The notes beneath the pieces are model-generated. The model was given only the letters and a program-made list of their open reading frames with translations, was not told the origin of the DNA and did no database searches. The position numbers and the translations under genes were made by a program. Shown piece after piece: positions 1-8,870 of a stretch of DNA of 64,000 bases (positions are counted from its first letter, which is position 1; the number at the start of each line of letters is the position of its first letter). Location of the stretch: positions 160,001-224,000 of the forward strand of contig JAUVXV010000001.1 of the NCBI GenBank assembly GCA_030603365.1. The letters are read 5' to 3'. This DNA is from Candidatus Heimdallarchaeota archaeon. GTDB lineage: Archaea; Asgardarchaeota; Heimdallarchaeia; Heimdallarchaeales; Heimdallarchaeaceae.

Positions 1-1
1 C

Positions 2-1606
2 TAAAATAAGTGTAGCTTGTGTTGATGGTGGTGTAACACCGTGGTCAACACAGGCAGTTATAATTGCTTCTAGTAGTTTTATTTTCATTTTATCTTCTGG
101 TAATTCACCTACCAGACATAAGTAAATTAAATCTGAAAAAGAAAGCTGGTCTTGATTATGATTATCAAGTTTTTGCGAGTTTCCAAAATAAATAGAAAGG
201 TATCTTAGAACTCTTCCCAAAGAATATGCTGCAACTCTAGACGGATCTTTCTCTGAGTTAGCGAAATTTGATAATTTTTTATCAAGCAAAAGGAACGTTC
301 CTATGATTTTCGAAACATCAGATTCTTCAGGATTTTTATCGAGATGAAGAAATTCTTCCTTAGCTGCATTAATAGCAATTTTCTCGAGCCCTAACAGTTC
401 ATTCTTGGGAAACTCACCTTTTGTAAGTAGGTATGTTGTTTCTAATAACCCCTTTTTTGCAATGATATCCTGTAGGCTGTATCCTTTGATTACAAGATTA
501 TTAGGTAAAACTTTAGTTATGAGTGTACCCCAAGTGGGTTCCGGAGATTTAGCATCCCATTTCTTCTTCATCCTTTCATAATAATCTTCCACTCTGAAGT
601 ATGTTTGATTAAGTTTAGATTTTACAGCTTTAATCAGATCATGTTGGTGGTTTACAACAATAGCTCCTGCTTTTTCTAGAAGTTCTTTCTTAGAATTAAA
701 GGTACCGTATTTCTGGCCTGGAGTTATTACTGCTCCTGCATGTCCCATAGTTTTTCCTTCAGGTGCATTAGCTCCTGAAATAAGTGCAACTAAAGGTTTG
801 GAATATTTTTTGGGGTGTTCAATCATATCTTGAGCCAATAATTCTTCTTGCATTCCTCCTATTTCTCCGGCAACAACCACCAAGTCAGTATTTTCGTAAT
901 TCATTACTAAGGAGACAAGGTCAACAAATCTTGAACCTATGGCACCATCTCCTCCAACTCCTAATACACCATTTTGAGCTATCCCTGCACTAGCTAGAGC
1001 ATCGGACATATGATATAGAATTGCACCGCTTCTTGATAGAATAGTGACTCCTTTTGGTCCAATTCCTCCTTCGTCAGTAATCTGTGCTTGGAAAATATCT
1101 GGGAGCATTCCAATTTTTATTCCTTCGGGCGGAAAGATTATTCCTGGTGTATTTCCTCCAAATAAGATGGTTTTATGTTTTCGTGCTTCCACCAAAATAT
1201 CTCTGACATCTTTTAATGGAATGAACTCAGAGATTAGGACGATTATAGGAACTCCTGATCTTATTACTTCAATTGTTGCATCCTTAGCTGTTGAATAATG
1301 TCTCCAGATACTAGCAACTGCAATATTAGGGTGGTTCATGACAGCTTCTTCTGCTGAGGCATATACTGGAATTGTTTCATGTACCTTTGTTCCACTTCTA
1401 CCTGGTGCAACTCCGCAAGTTACATTTGTACCATATTCCATCATCAGCTGAGCGTGTCTTGTACCTTGTCTTCCTAGTCCTACAATCATCGTTTCTATTG
1501 ATTTTGACTGATCTATTTTTTCTGCTAGTTCTGGTCTTACATGTTTTATAAGATAATCGAGCAATCCTTGATTTGCTTCTAGCTTCTCCTTCTTCATTTC
1601 ACTCAT
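2..1606 (-). CDS. Succinyl-CoA-synthetase alpha-like domain fused to a citryl-CoA-lyase/citrate-synthase-like domain (ATP-citrate lyase alpha-type architecture); truncated by the window edge
   Basis: Not in the ORF track because it runs off the left end; translated by hand from ATG 1606, which overlaps the upstream TGA (ATGA). It has a Rossmann start (MIVGLGRQG), GGNTPG, LSRSGAI, GVGGD, GEIGG and the phospho-His motif MGHAGA, followed by WGTLITKV..IKGYSLQDII and ACVDHGVTPPST of the CCL/CS fold. Confidence 0.85.
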   Translation of the reverse strand, partial: MSEMKKEKLEANQGLLDYLIKHVRPELAEKIDQSKSIETMIVGLGRQGTRHAQLMMEYGTNVTCGVAPGRSGTKVHETIPVYASAEEAVMNHPNIAVASIWRHYSTAKDATIEVIRSGVPIIVLISEFIPLKDVRDILVEARKHKTILFGGNTPGIIFPPEGIKIGMLPDIFQAQITDEGGIGPKGVTILSRSGAILYHMSDALASAGIAQNGVLGVGGDGAIGSRFVDLVSLVMNYENTDLVVVAGEIGGMQEELLAQDMIEHPKKYSKPLVALISGANAPEGKTMGHAGAVITPGQKYGTFNSKKELLEKAGAIVVNHQHDLIKAVKSKLNQTYFRVEDYYERMKKKWDAKSPEPTWGTLITKVLPNNLVIKGYSLQDIIAKKGLLETTYLLTKGEFPKNELLGLEKIAINAAKEEFLHLDKNPEESDVSKIIGTFLLLDKKLSNFANSEKDPSRVAAYSLGRVLRYLSIYFGNSQKLDNHNQDQLSFSDLIYLCLVGELPEDKMKIKLLEAIITACVDHGVTPPSTQATLIL

Positions 1607-2910
1607 CCCCGTATCTCCTGTTGTTTCTTAATTTTGAAGCCGTATTCAATTCCATCTCTAATTACATCAGCCATTATTTTTTGATTTCCTACAACTATAT
1701 GCAAGTCTTCTAATGGGTCTGGAGTTTCCTTTTTTGCCTTTTCAAGATACTCTCTTGCAGCTGCTAAATCAGTTCCAACCATCCTACCAAACACAGGAAT
1801 CATTCTTCTTTTTTGCAAATGCCTATCTCTCAGAGCCATAATTAGACCACGGATGAAAATATCACAACTTGAAATTCCACCAAATCTACTAGTTATGATT
1901 AGACCAGTTGTTGGATGATCCATGAGCAGATGAAACATATCAGCTACTTTGCTTAGAGAAGGGCCTCCTCCACTATCCATGAAGTTTATGGGTACTACTT
2001 TTCCTTCGAAATATCTATCACCGACATTCACAACCTCATCAATTGAAAAGATCCCATACCCCGCTCCTCCTGGTACTAAAGCAACATATAGCTTATCCTT
2101 TTCTTTAACAAAATTCTCTGGGTTTTCTAATAAGTCAAGATATGGGAATCCAATTTTATATGCTTTCGCTTCAAAAATCGTTTGTTCTGATACATCGTGT
2201 CTTTTGCTTTGGGGATCAATACCTATAGATTTCAACAAAGGTTCTTGTCTGTATAAACTATTATCATCCAGTACTATTTTAGCATCGGCAGCAATTATTT
2301 GATTATTAGAAGTAAGAATTAATGGATTTATTTCACATATTTTAGCTTCTATATTTTGAAACGCGGAATAAAGTGATTTTATTGCGTTTTTCAACTGATT
2401 TTTAATTTCTGGTTTATCTGAAAAATTCTTTGATAAGAAATCAACAGCTTCTTCTGCAACAGTATCTTCTAACTCTTTTGCATTATCAAAAATTGTTTTT
2501 TTCCAGATTAATTCAGGATTAGTTTTAGCCACTTCTTCTATATCTATACCACCACTAGCAGAGGCTACTACAACTATATCAAATGTAGCAGGATCTGTTG
2601 TTACTGCTAGGTATATCTCATTGGAAATATCTACAGCTTCTTCTAGCAAAATTTTCTCAATCGGATATCCACGGATTGAGGATTGAAGCATCTTTCTAAT
2701 AATCTCTTTTGCTTCATCTATGCTATTTGGTTTTTTGATGCCTCCGGCCTTTCCTCTTCCTCCAATTAGAACCATTGCTTTAACCATTAGAGGAAACGAT
2801 AATGACATCTTTTCAATTTCCTCTAGTTTTTCAATTACTCCTAATTGCTTGGGAATTTTCAATCCAAATTTGTCAAAAATTTGTTTAGCTTCATACTCAT
2901 ATAATTTCAT
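1603..2910 (-). CDS. ATP-grasp acyl-CoA synthetase beta subunit (SucC / citryl-CoA synthetase-like)
   Basis: MKLYEYEAK, VKAMVLIGGRGKAGG, GGIDIEE, EINPL, ADAKIVLDDN, NFMDSGGG, FGGISSCD. Confidence 0.88.
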   Translation of the reverse strand: MKLYEYEAKQIFDKFGLKIPKQLGVIEKLEEIEKMSLSFPLMVKAMVLIGGRGKAGGIKKPNSIDEAKEIIRKMLQSSIRGYPIEKILLEEAVDISNEIYLAVTTDPATFDIVVVASASGGIDIEEVAKTNPELIWKKTIFDNAKELEDTVAEEAVDFLSKNFSDKPEIKNQLKNAIKSLYSAFQNIEAKICEINPLILTSNNQIIAADAKIVLDDNSLYRQEPLLKSIGIDPQSKRHDVSEQTIFEAKAYKIGFPYLDLLENPENFVKEKDKLYVALVPGGAGYGIFSIDEVVNVGDRYFEGKVVPINFMDSGGGPSLSKVADMFHLLMDHPTTGLIITSRFGGISSCDIFIRGLIMALRDRHLQKRRMIPVFGRMVGTDLAAAREYLEKAKKETPDPLEDLHIVVGNQKIMADVIRDGIEYGFKIKKQQEIRG

Positions 2911-2921
2911 TCTTTCACGCT

Positions 2922-4775
2922 CTAAGATGAATACAGTTGTTGATAATAGTTGATTAATCCCCCGGCATTAAAGATTTTTAATAATTCTTCTGGTAGCTTG
3001 GGAAATGTGTAATCTTGATCTCCATTCGAAATTGTACCAGTTTCTAGATTAATATCGACAGGATTTTCTGAATTGAAGTTATTGACAAACTCAGAATGAA
3101 CAATGATTGGTAATCCTTGATTAATCGCTGATCTGTAAAATATTCTAGCTACAGATTTTACAATGACAGCTTTTACACCTGCAGAAGCAAGCCCTACTGC
3201 AGGATGTTCTCTAGATGATCCACATCCAAAGTTCTCTCCACCTACGATTACATCCCCTTCTTTAACTCTAGCTGCAAAAGATTCATCTAAGCCTTTGAAT
3301 AAATGTGGTACAATCTTCTCTCCCTCTGATGACTTGATATCATAAGTTAATCCACCTGCAAACATTTGATCTGTATTAAAATCATTGACATCTTTATAGT
3401 CCCATACATTATGTTTGCGTCTATTATCATCTGGTGTAATTGTAAGAATTTTTGTTTCAATATCTCTTTTTCTTAACTCTATAGGGTTTTTCCCTTCTAT
3501 AACTTCAAGTGACAGGTACTTTCTTGGATCTACTATTCTTCCTTCTATTACAGAAGCAGCAACAGTAGCTGGAGATGATAAATAAACTGAGGATTTCTTA
3601 TTTCCCATTCTTCCTAAGAAATTTCTATTTGCAGTGGATATGACATTCCACCCGTCAGCAGGAATGCCTTGACCTTTGCCCAAACATGGACCACAACTAC
3701 ACGAAAGAATTGTTGCTCCTGCACTAACAAGAGTTTCAATTATACCTTTTTCTAGTGCTTTTTGATATATTTCTGTGGAAGCTGGAGCAACTAGAAATAC
3801 TACTCCTTGTTTAATTTTTTTACCTTTCAAGATTGAAGCGGCTATTTCTAAATCGTCCAATCGTGCATTTGTACATGTTCCAAGAAATGCCTGATGTATT
3901 TCAATTTCATCAAGATTTTTAGCATATTCTTCATTATCCACTTGGTGAGGTACTGCAACTAAAGGTTCCAAATCATTCAGTTGTAGCGTTACTTCAGAAC
4001 TAAAACTTGCATCCTTATCTGACCAGAACATTTCTTCTTTGTTCAAGAGTTTTTTATTGCCATGTTTTTCTTTCAACCACTCTATAAGAATCTCGTCTGG
4101 AGGGAAAATAGCTGTTTTTGCCCCCATTTCAGAAGCTAGATTGGCAAGTGTCATTCTTTCTGAGACAGAAAGTGTCTTAACTCCATTTCCATGGAATTCA
4201 ATCGCTTGGTATGTTGCACCTGATGCTCCAACTCTGTTCATTAACCATAGAGCTATATCTTTAGCATAGATTCCTGGAGATAATTTTCCATGCAAAATTA
4301 CCTTAATTGTTTCCGGAATTCTGAACCAGGTTTTACCTGTTAACCATAAACCAGCTGTTTCTGTTCTATCAATACCTGCTGCAAATGTAGCAAACGCACC
4401 ACTTGTACAAGTGTGGGAATCAGAACCGACGACCAACATATTTGGAAGTGCATGATTTGACATTAACTGATGGCATATTCCTCTTCCTTCGTCATAGAAA
4501 TTTGTAACATTATGCCGTATCACTAATTCTCTAATGCTCTTGTGATCATTGGCAATCTGTACACTTGTGGGGGGTGAATCATGATCAAGAACAATAACTA
4601 AACGATTAGGATATTTAATTTCTGTTCCACCCATTTTTTGGAATGTTTTTACAATAGATGCTGAATTATCGTGTGAAAGGATCAAATCAGGTTCTGCATA
4701 AACAATCGTTCCTGCTTTGACATCCATTCCTGATTTAAATGAAAAGAGTTTTTCTGAAAATGTTTTTCCTCCCAT
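2922..4775 (-). CDS. Fused large+small subunit aconitase-family hydratase (homoaconitase Lys4-like)
   Basis: SHDNS, VLDHD, GRGICHQ, GSDSHT, GTCTN, SCGPC, NRNFLGRMG, then a swivel domain with NTDQM and NFGCGSSREH in the same ORF. Confidence 0.88.
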   Translation of the reverse strand: MGGKTFSEKLFSFKSGMDVKAGTIVYAEPDLILSHDNSASIVKTFQKMGGTEIKYPNRLVIVLDHDSPPTSVQIANDHKSIRELVIRHNVTNFYDEGRGICHQLMSNHALPNMLVVGSDSHTCTSGAFATFAAGIDRTETAGLWLTGKTWFRIPETIKVILHGKLSPGIYAKDIALWLMNRVGASGATYQAIEFHGNGVKTLSVSERMTLANLASEMGAKTAIFPPDEILIEWLKEKHGNKKLLNKEEMFWSDKDASFSSEVTLQLNDLEPLVAVPHQVDNEEYAKNLDEIEIHQAFLGTCTNARLDDLEIAASILKGKKIKQGVVFLVAPASTEIYQKALEKGIIETLVSAGATILSCSCGPCLGKGQGIPADGWNVISTANRNFLGRMGNKKSSVYLSSPATVAASVIEGRIVDPRKYLSLEVIEGKNPIELRKRDIETKILTITPDDNRRKHNVWDYKDVNDFNTDQMFAGGLTYDIKSSEGEKIVPHLFKGLDESFAARVKEGDVIVGGENFGCGSSREHPAVGLASAGVKAVIVKSVARIFYRSAINQGLPIIVHSEFVNNFNSENPVDINLETGTISNGDQDYTFPKLPEELLKIFNAGGLINYYQQLYSS

Positions 4776-4787
4776 AGTTTAACCTCC

Positions 4788-5294
4788 TTAAAATCTTCCA
4801 CCCAATTTTAATAATCCCCCAGCATTCATTATATCTAATACTGGCTGAGGAATCTTCTTGCATTTCATTTGTGCATTTTTAGTTTTGTTTAACAATACAG
4901 ATTGAGAGATATCTATTTCTAACTCGTCATCTACATCTATCACAAAATCTGCAATATCAGGAACCTCAACAAGAAGTAATCCTGCATTTACGGCATTACT
5001 ATAATATATGGGACCAAATGATTCACCAATTATAGCTTTAATTTTATGCGCTAGAAATCCTGTTACTGCCTGCTGTCGAGTAGAACCTTTGCCGAAATTC
5101 TTACCTACCACTAGAATTTTATTTGAATTGTCCTCTTTACCAAAATTCTCAAACCCTTCTAGATTGCCAAAAATATGCGGTTTGATTTCTTCTGGATTGT
5201 GGATTGTTAACAATGATTGATGGAAGATTTGATCTGTATCGATATCATCAACTCGAACTAATGTCACGTCTCCACTAATGTTTTCTTTGCTCAT
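4788..5294 (-). CDS. Aconitase-family hydratase small (swivel) subunit, LeuD/HacB-like
   Basis: DDIDTDQI, VGKNFGKGSTRQQA, ESFGPIYYSNAVNAGL, AGGLL. Confidence 0.88.
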   Translation of the reverse strand: MSKENISGDVTLVRVDDIDTDQIFHQSLLTIHNPEEIKPHIFGNLEGFENFGKEDNSNKILVVGKNFGKGSTRQQAVTGFLAHKIKAIIGESFGPIYYSNAVNAGLLLVEVPDIADFVIDVDDELEIDISQSVLLNKTKNAQMKCKKIPQPVLDIMNAGGLLKLGGRF

Positions 5295-6559
5295 TTTTCT
5301 TCACTAACCTTGGGGATTGCTATTTTACCTTCTATTGCCGTCGCAGCAGCTATCGCAGGACTTGCTAAATAAACGTCTGCTGGTCCAATTTTACCTTGAG
5401 TATTACGATTGCCTGTAGTCAATGTAACAGCTGTTTTTCCACCAGTTAAACCATATTGTCCCTTTGCACAAGTGGAACAACCAGTACCAAAGAAATTACC
5501 TCCTGCCTCTAAGATTACAGACATATCCCCCTCAGAATTTATTGTGACAAAATCTTCTCTAGTTGCAGGAACGATACCAAAACGGACATTTGGGTCAACC
5601 TTTCTACCTTTTAGAACTCTTGCTACTTCATGAATGTCTGTATAACTTCCGTTTGTACATGAACCCACAACAATTGAACTTATTGGAGTGTCCACGACTT
5701 CTTCAATGGGTTTAACATTGTGCGGATGAGGAGGACATGCTATATACATTCCTAGATCTTCAATATCTATTGTTAATTCTGATGAATAATTTGCATTATC
5801 ATCTGCAGTAATAGTTTCAATCTCTATTCCGAGTTTCTTATAATAATCAGCTGTAATTGAATCTTGAGGAACAAAGCCTATCATACCTGAAGCTTCTGTT
5901 ATGAGAGAGCAAAGAGTTACTCTGTCTTCTATTGATAACTTAGAAATGATGTTACCATAAAACTCAACTGACTTTCCTGTTATCCCATATTCATGTAGTT
6001 GTTTGAGAACATAAAGAGCTAAATCTTTAGATGATGTTGGCCAACTATAATCTCCTTCCAAGTAAATTTTAACTGTTTCTGGAATTTTGATCCATGCTTT
6101 CCCAGTCTTCATTGCAAAAGCAAGCATAACATCACCTGCCCCCAGACCTAAAATGCCTAAAGCTCCAAGTATATTATAATGGCTATCTGCACCAAAAGCA
6201 ATATCTCCTGGTTTCGAAAATCCTCTTCGGAATAATAGATGAGAACCTATCCCAGAACCTAAATCAGTAACCTTAATATTATGTTCTTTTGCAAAAACCC
6301 TTATTTTTTCTTGATCTACGGCGTGTTTTGGGTCATTGCCATAGGGATAACAATCGGGTGTGAAAATTATTTTATTACTGTTAAAAACCTTGGAATCAGG
6401 ATAATTTTTTTGAAATAAATCAACAACTTGAGGACCTGCATAATCTCTTGCGGTAACTAAATCTAGATTTATCCATACAATATTTCCAGGAAAGATTTCC
6501 TCTTCTGATGCTGTAGTATGTGATTTGATGATTTTTTCTACAAGCGTAAACCCTTTCAT
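5291..6559 (-). CDS. Aconitase-family hydratase large subunit, LeuC/HacA-like
   Basis: TLVEKI, GIGSH, GADSH, KIPETV, GSCTNG, GCSTC, TGNRN, YLASPA. Confidence 0.88.
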   Translation of the reverse strand: MKGFTLVEKIIKSHTTASEEEIFPGNIVWINLDLVTARDYAGPQVVDLFQKNYPDSKVFNSNKIIFTPDCYPYGNDPKHAVDQEKIRVFAKEHNIKVTDLGSGIGSHLLFRRGFSKPGDIAFGADSHYNILGALGILGLGAGDVMLAFAMKTGKAWIKIPETVKIYLEGDYSWPTSSKDLALYVLKQLHEYGITGKSVEFYGNIISKLSIEDRVTLCSLITEASGMIGFVPQDSITADYYKKLGIEIETITADDNANYSSELTIDIEDLGMYIACPPHPHNVKPIEEVVDTPISSIVVGSCTNGSYTDIHEVARVLKGRKVDPNVRFGIVPATREDFVTINSEGDMSVILEAGGNFFGTGCSTCAKGQYGLTGGKTAVTLTTGNRNTQGKIGPADVYLASPAIAAATAIEGKIAIPKVSEEK

Positions 6560-6633
6560 TTATGTCAATTTCATCGATTAAAAGGGAAGTAATAAGGATA
6601 TCTCTATGTATTGTTAAATAGAGACTCACTTCA

Positions 6634-7767
6634 TTACAACATCTTTATTTTATCACAAATACCTCTTGCCATTTCAGAAGTAGTAGTGCTTCCACCCATG
6701 TCATATGTGCGATATTTTCCTTCTGCAATTACAGCAGCTACAGCTTCCTCTATTTTTTGTGCCATTTCTTTTTCTCCCAACCAATCTAACATCATTTTAG
6801 CTGCTAATATTTGTGCTATAGGATTGACTTTATTCATGCCTACATACTTTGGTGCAGATCCATGAGTAGGTTCGAAAACAGCAAATTTCTCCCCAATATT
6901 ACCTGAACATGCGAATCCTAATCCACCAATTAACTGAGCAGCTAAATCAGAAACAATGTCACCAAACATGTTGGAAGAGACTAAAATACCATAATTCTGA
7001 GGGTTCTTAACAAGCCACATAGCCATCGCATCTATGTTTGCTTCCCATAATTCTATTCCTTCATATTCCTGTATTAGTTTGCGAGCTTCTCTCACCATCA
7101 AACCACTTGTTTCTCTGATAACATTTGGTTTTTCAACAACTGTAACTGTAGGATAATCAAATTCTTTGGCGTAATTCATGCTTGCTTTAAGAATGCGTCG
7201 TACCCCTTTTCTAGTAAATATTCGAGTGGATATAGCAATGTCTTCAAGGTTGGTATCAGCAAACTTTTTCGCTTTAGGATGATGTTTAATAAAAGTTTCC
7301 ATTACCTCATCTGGAACGGGATGCCATTCAATTCCTACATAAAGCCCCTCAGTATTTTCTCTAAATACTACTAAATCAATATCATCTCTGTAGTTAAGAG
7401 AATTGCCTGGATAAGCTTTACAAGGGCGTAAGTTAACATATAAATCAAATAATTGTCTTAATCTAACAATTGGACTGAAGTAAATCAGTCCCTTTCCTTG
7501 TAATTCAGGTACAAGTTCTTTCTCAGCTTCTTCTTTAGGTTTAGATGTAATTGCTGAAAATAAACAACAATCTGAATTCTTCAATAATTCTATCGTTCTG
7601 TCTGGAAGGGGATTTCCTTCTTTGCACCAGAATTCCCAACCTATATCTCCGTGTGTGTATTCTGCTATTTCACTGAATCCAACAGCATCTAAAACATTCA
7701 TTGCTGCTTCAGTGACATCTATACCCACGCCATCTCCTGGTAAAACTGCTATTTTGTATTTCTTCAT
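6634..7767 (-). CDS. Beta-decarboxylating dehydrogenase, (homo)isocitrate dehydrogenase-like
   Basis: IAVLPGDGVG, SPIVRLRQLFDLYVNLRP, RENTEGLY, KPNV, NMFGDIVSDL, FEPTHGSAP. Confidence 0.9.
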   Translation of the reverse strand: MKKYKIAVLPGDGVGIDVTEAAMNVLDAVGFSEIAEYTHGDIGWEFWCKEGNPLPDRTIELLKNSDCCLFSAITSKPKEEAEKELVPELQGKGLIYFSPIVRLRQLFDLYVNLRPCKAYPGNSLNYRDDIDLVVFRENTEGLYVGIEWHPVPDEVMETFIKHHPKAKKFADTNLEDIAISTRIFTRKGVRRILKASMNYAKEFDYPTVTVVEKPNVIRETSGLMVREARKLIQEYEGIELWEANIDAMAMWLVKNPQNYGILVSSNMFGDIVSDLAAQLIGGLGFACSGNIGEKFAVFEPTHGSAPKYVGMNKVNPIAQILAAKMMLDWLGEKEMAQKIEEAVAAVIAEGKYRTYDMGGSTTTSEMARGICDKIKML

Positions 7768-7794
7768 TGTTTTATGCCTCTTGTATATTTTTTG

Positions 7795-8358
7795 TCAGTT
7801 TTTTTCGAATATTTTCTTTATTGGGGAGAAACAGAGGAAATCAACACGGTGAATTATATCAACTTCAGGTAAACGGTTAATTTTATCTCCTTCTTTGCTG
7901 TGAAAAACTATGGCCTGTCTTACAACGATTGGAAGGTTAAATTCACTTACTATTTCTAAACCCATTGCTGGATGACGAATACGATTGCCTTCCTCAGTCT
8001 GTATTATTTTTCCCGATGAATCTCTTTCATATTCTGTGAATTTTCCAACATCGTGAAGTAAGGCCCCCGCTATTAATTCATCTCTGTTTAATTTGTCCCC
8101 TAAACCTAATTTAACATATGTATCGTAAGTAGAAATGCACATCTGTGTGACAGCTCTTATATGATCTACTAGACTTATCTGTGCGACTTGGTCATCCGAA
8201 ATCAGCTCAGGAATTAACAATGTAGCTGGAATGTACTTAAAATCATCTTCAGTCCATTCACCAAGAGTAATCGCTTTCTCAAGCGATTTTTCCACTTTAT
8301 TACGTAGATCTTCACTATTAATTTCATCAAGTTCTGGAAATAGGTTCCTAATCTCCAT
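7795..8358 (-). CDS. HD-domain metal-dependent phosphohydrolase
   Basis: H..HD..H..H..D pattern: DHIRAV, LLHDVGK, RHPAMG, FHSKEG, HRVD. Confidence 0.85.
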   Translation of the reverse strand: MEIRNLFPELDEINSEDLRNKVEKSLEKAITLGEWTEDDFKYIPATLLIPELISDDQVAQISLVDHIRAVTQMCISTYDTYVKLGLGDKLNRDELIAGALLHDVGKFTEYERDSSGKIIQTEEGNRIRHPAMGLEIVSEFNLPIVVRQAIVFHSKEGDKINRLPEVDIIHRVDFLCFSPIKKIFEKN

Positions 8359-8465
8359 TTTTTATGCCCCATTATATTTTTAATTCTGATTCAATTGAGA
8401 TTGTTAACAGTACCTCAAAGAACAATCAATATATTATTTTCTGTATGTATTGAGTCTTTTTGTGA

Positions 8466-8852
8466 CTATACATAACCAAAAAGTGATAATCTATTTTTTC
8501 CGTGGAGAGAGATAACAGAGATTCCCCTTCCCCTTAACTTTAGTCTAAGTTCTTTATCATTGGTTGCTACAATTGCATTATGTTCCAATGCTAATCTAAG
8601 GATTTCTTCATCAGTATGAATTTCATCTCGTGATTCTAGAATAGTAAAGGTCTTAGCTAAATCTAAAGCAAAACTCGCTTTTCTAGTAGTTACACTGCTA
8701 GCACTTCCAAGAAGTACAGTAAGTTCATTTATTACAATTTTTGGAACTACAATTTCATAAGATCTTGGAATAATTCGTTCAATTTCCGAGGAAAGATTGA
8801 TTCTCTTCTCTAACGGGAGTATCAACATACTTGAATCGAGAATGATAAACAT
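8466..8852 (-). CDS. PIN-domain protein (Fcf1/Utp24-like)
   Basis: IILDSS, VINEL, TDEEI, VATNDKEL; directly downstream of aIF2-gamma as is usual in archaea. Confidence 0.85.
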   Translation of the reverse strand: MFIILDSSMLILPLEKRINLSSEIERIIPRSYEIVVPKIVINELTVLLGSASSVTTRKASFALDLAKTFTILESRDEIHTDEEILRLALEHNAIVATNDKELRLKLRGRGISVISLHGKNRLSLFGYV

Positions 8853-8870
8853 TCGATCCTCTCTCTTAAT

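Noticed and set aside
2922-7767. Plain leucine biosynthesis operon (leuBCD)
   Set aside because: No leuA or ilv genes, the dehydrogenase has a Ser-Pro-Ile-Val motif rather than the IPMDH Glu/Leu pattern, the hydratases are duplicated, and the genes are coupled to a CoA ligase/lyase.
784-7852. Many short plus-strand ORFs (e.g. 784-993, 1044-1298, 1949-2302, 6611-6865)
   Set aside because: Antisense shadows of well-supported minus-strand enzymes with no motifs; the same applies to similar shadow ORFs across the window (e.g. 53769-54080, 60090-60389).
8395-8418. TTGAG..TGTTAACA..CTCAA as an operator for the tricarboxylate operon
   Set aside because: Inner and outer symmetry centres differ by one base and the arms are short in AT-rich DNA; not distinguishable from chance.
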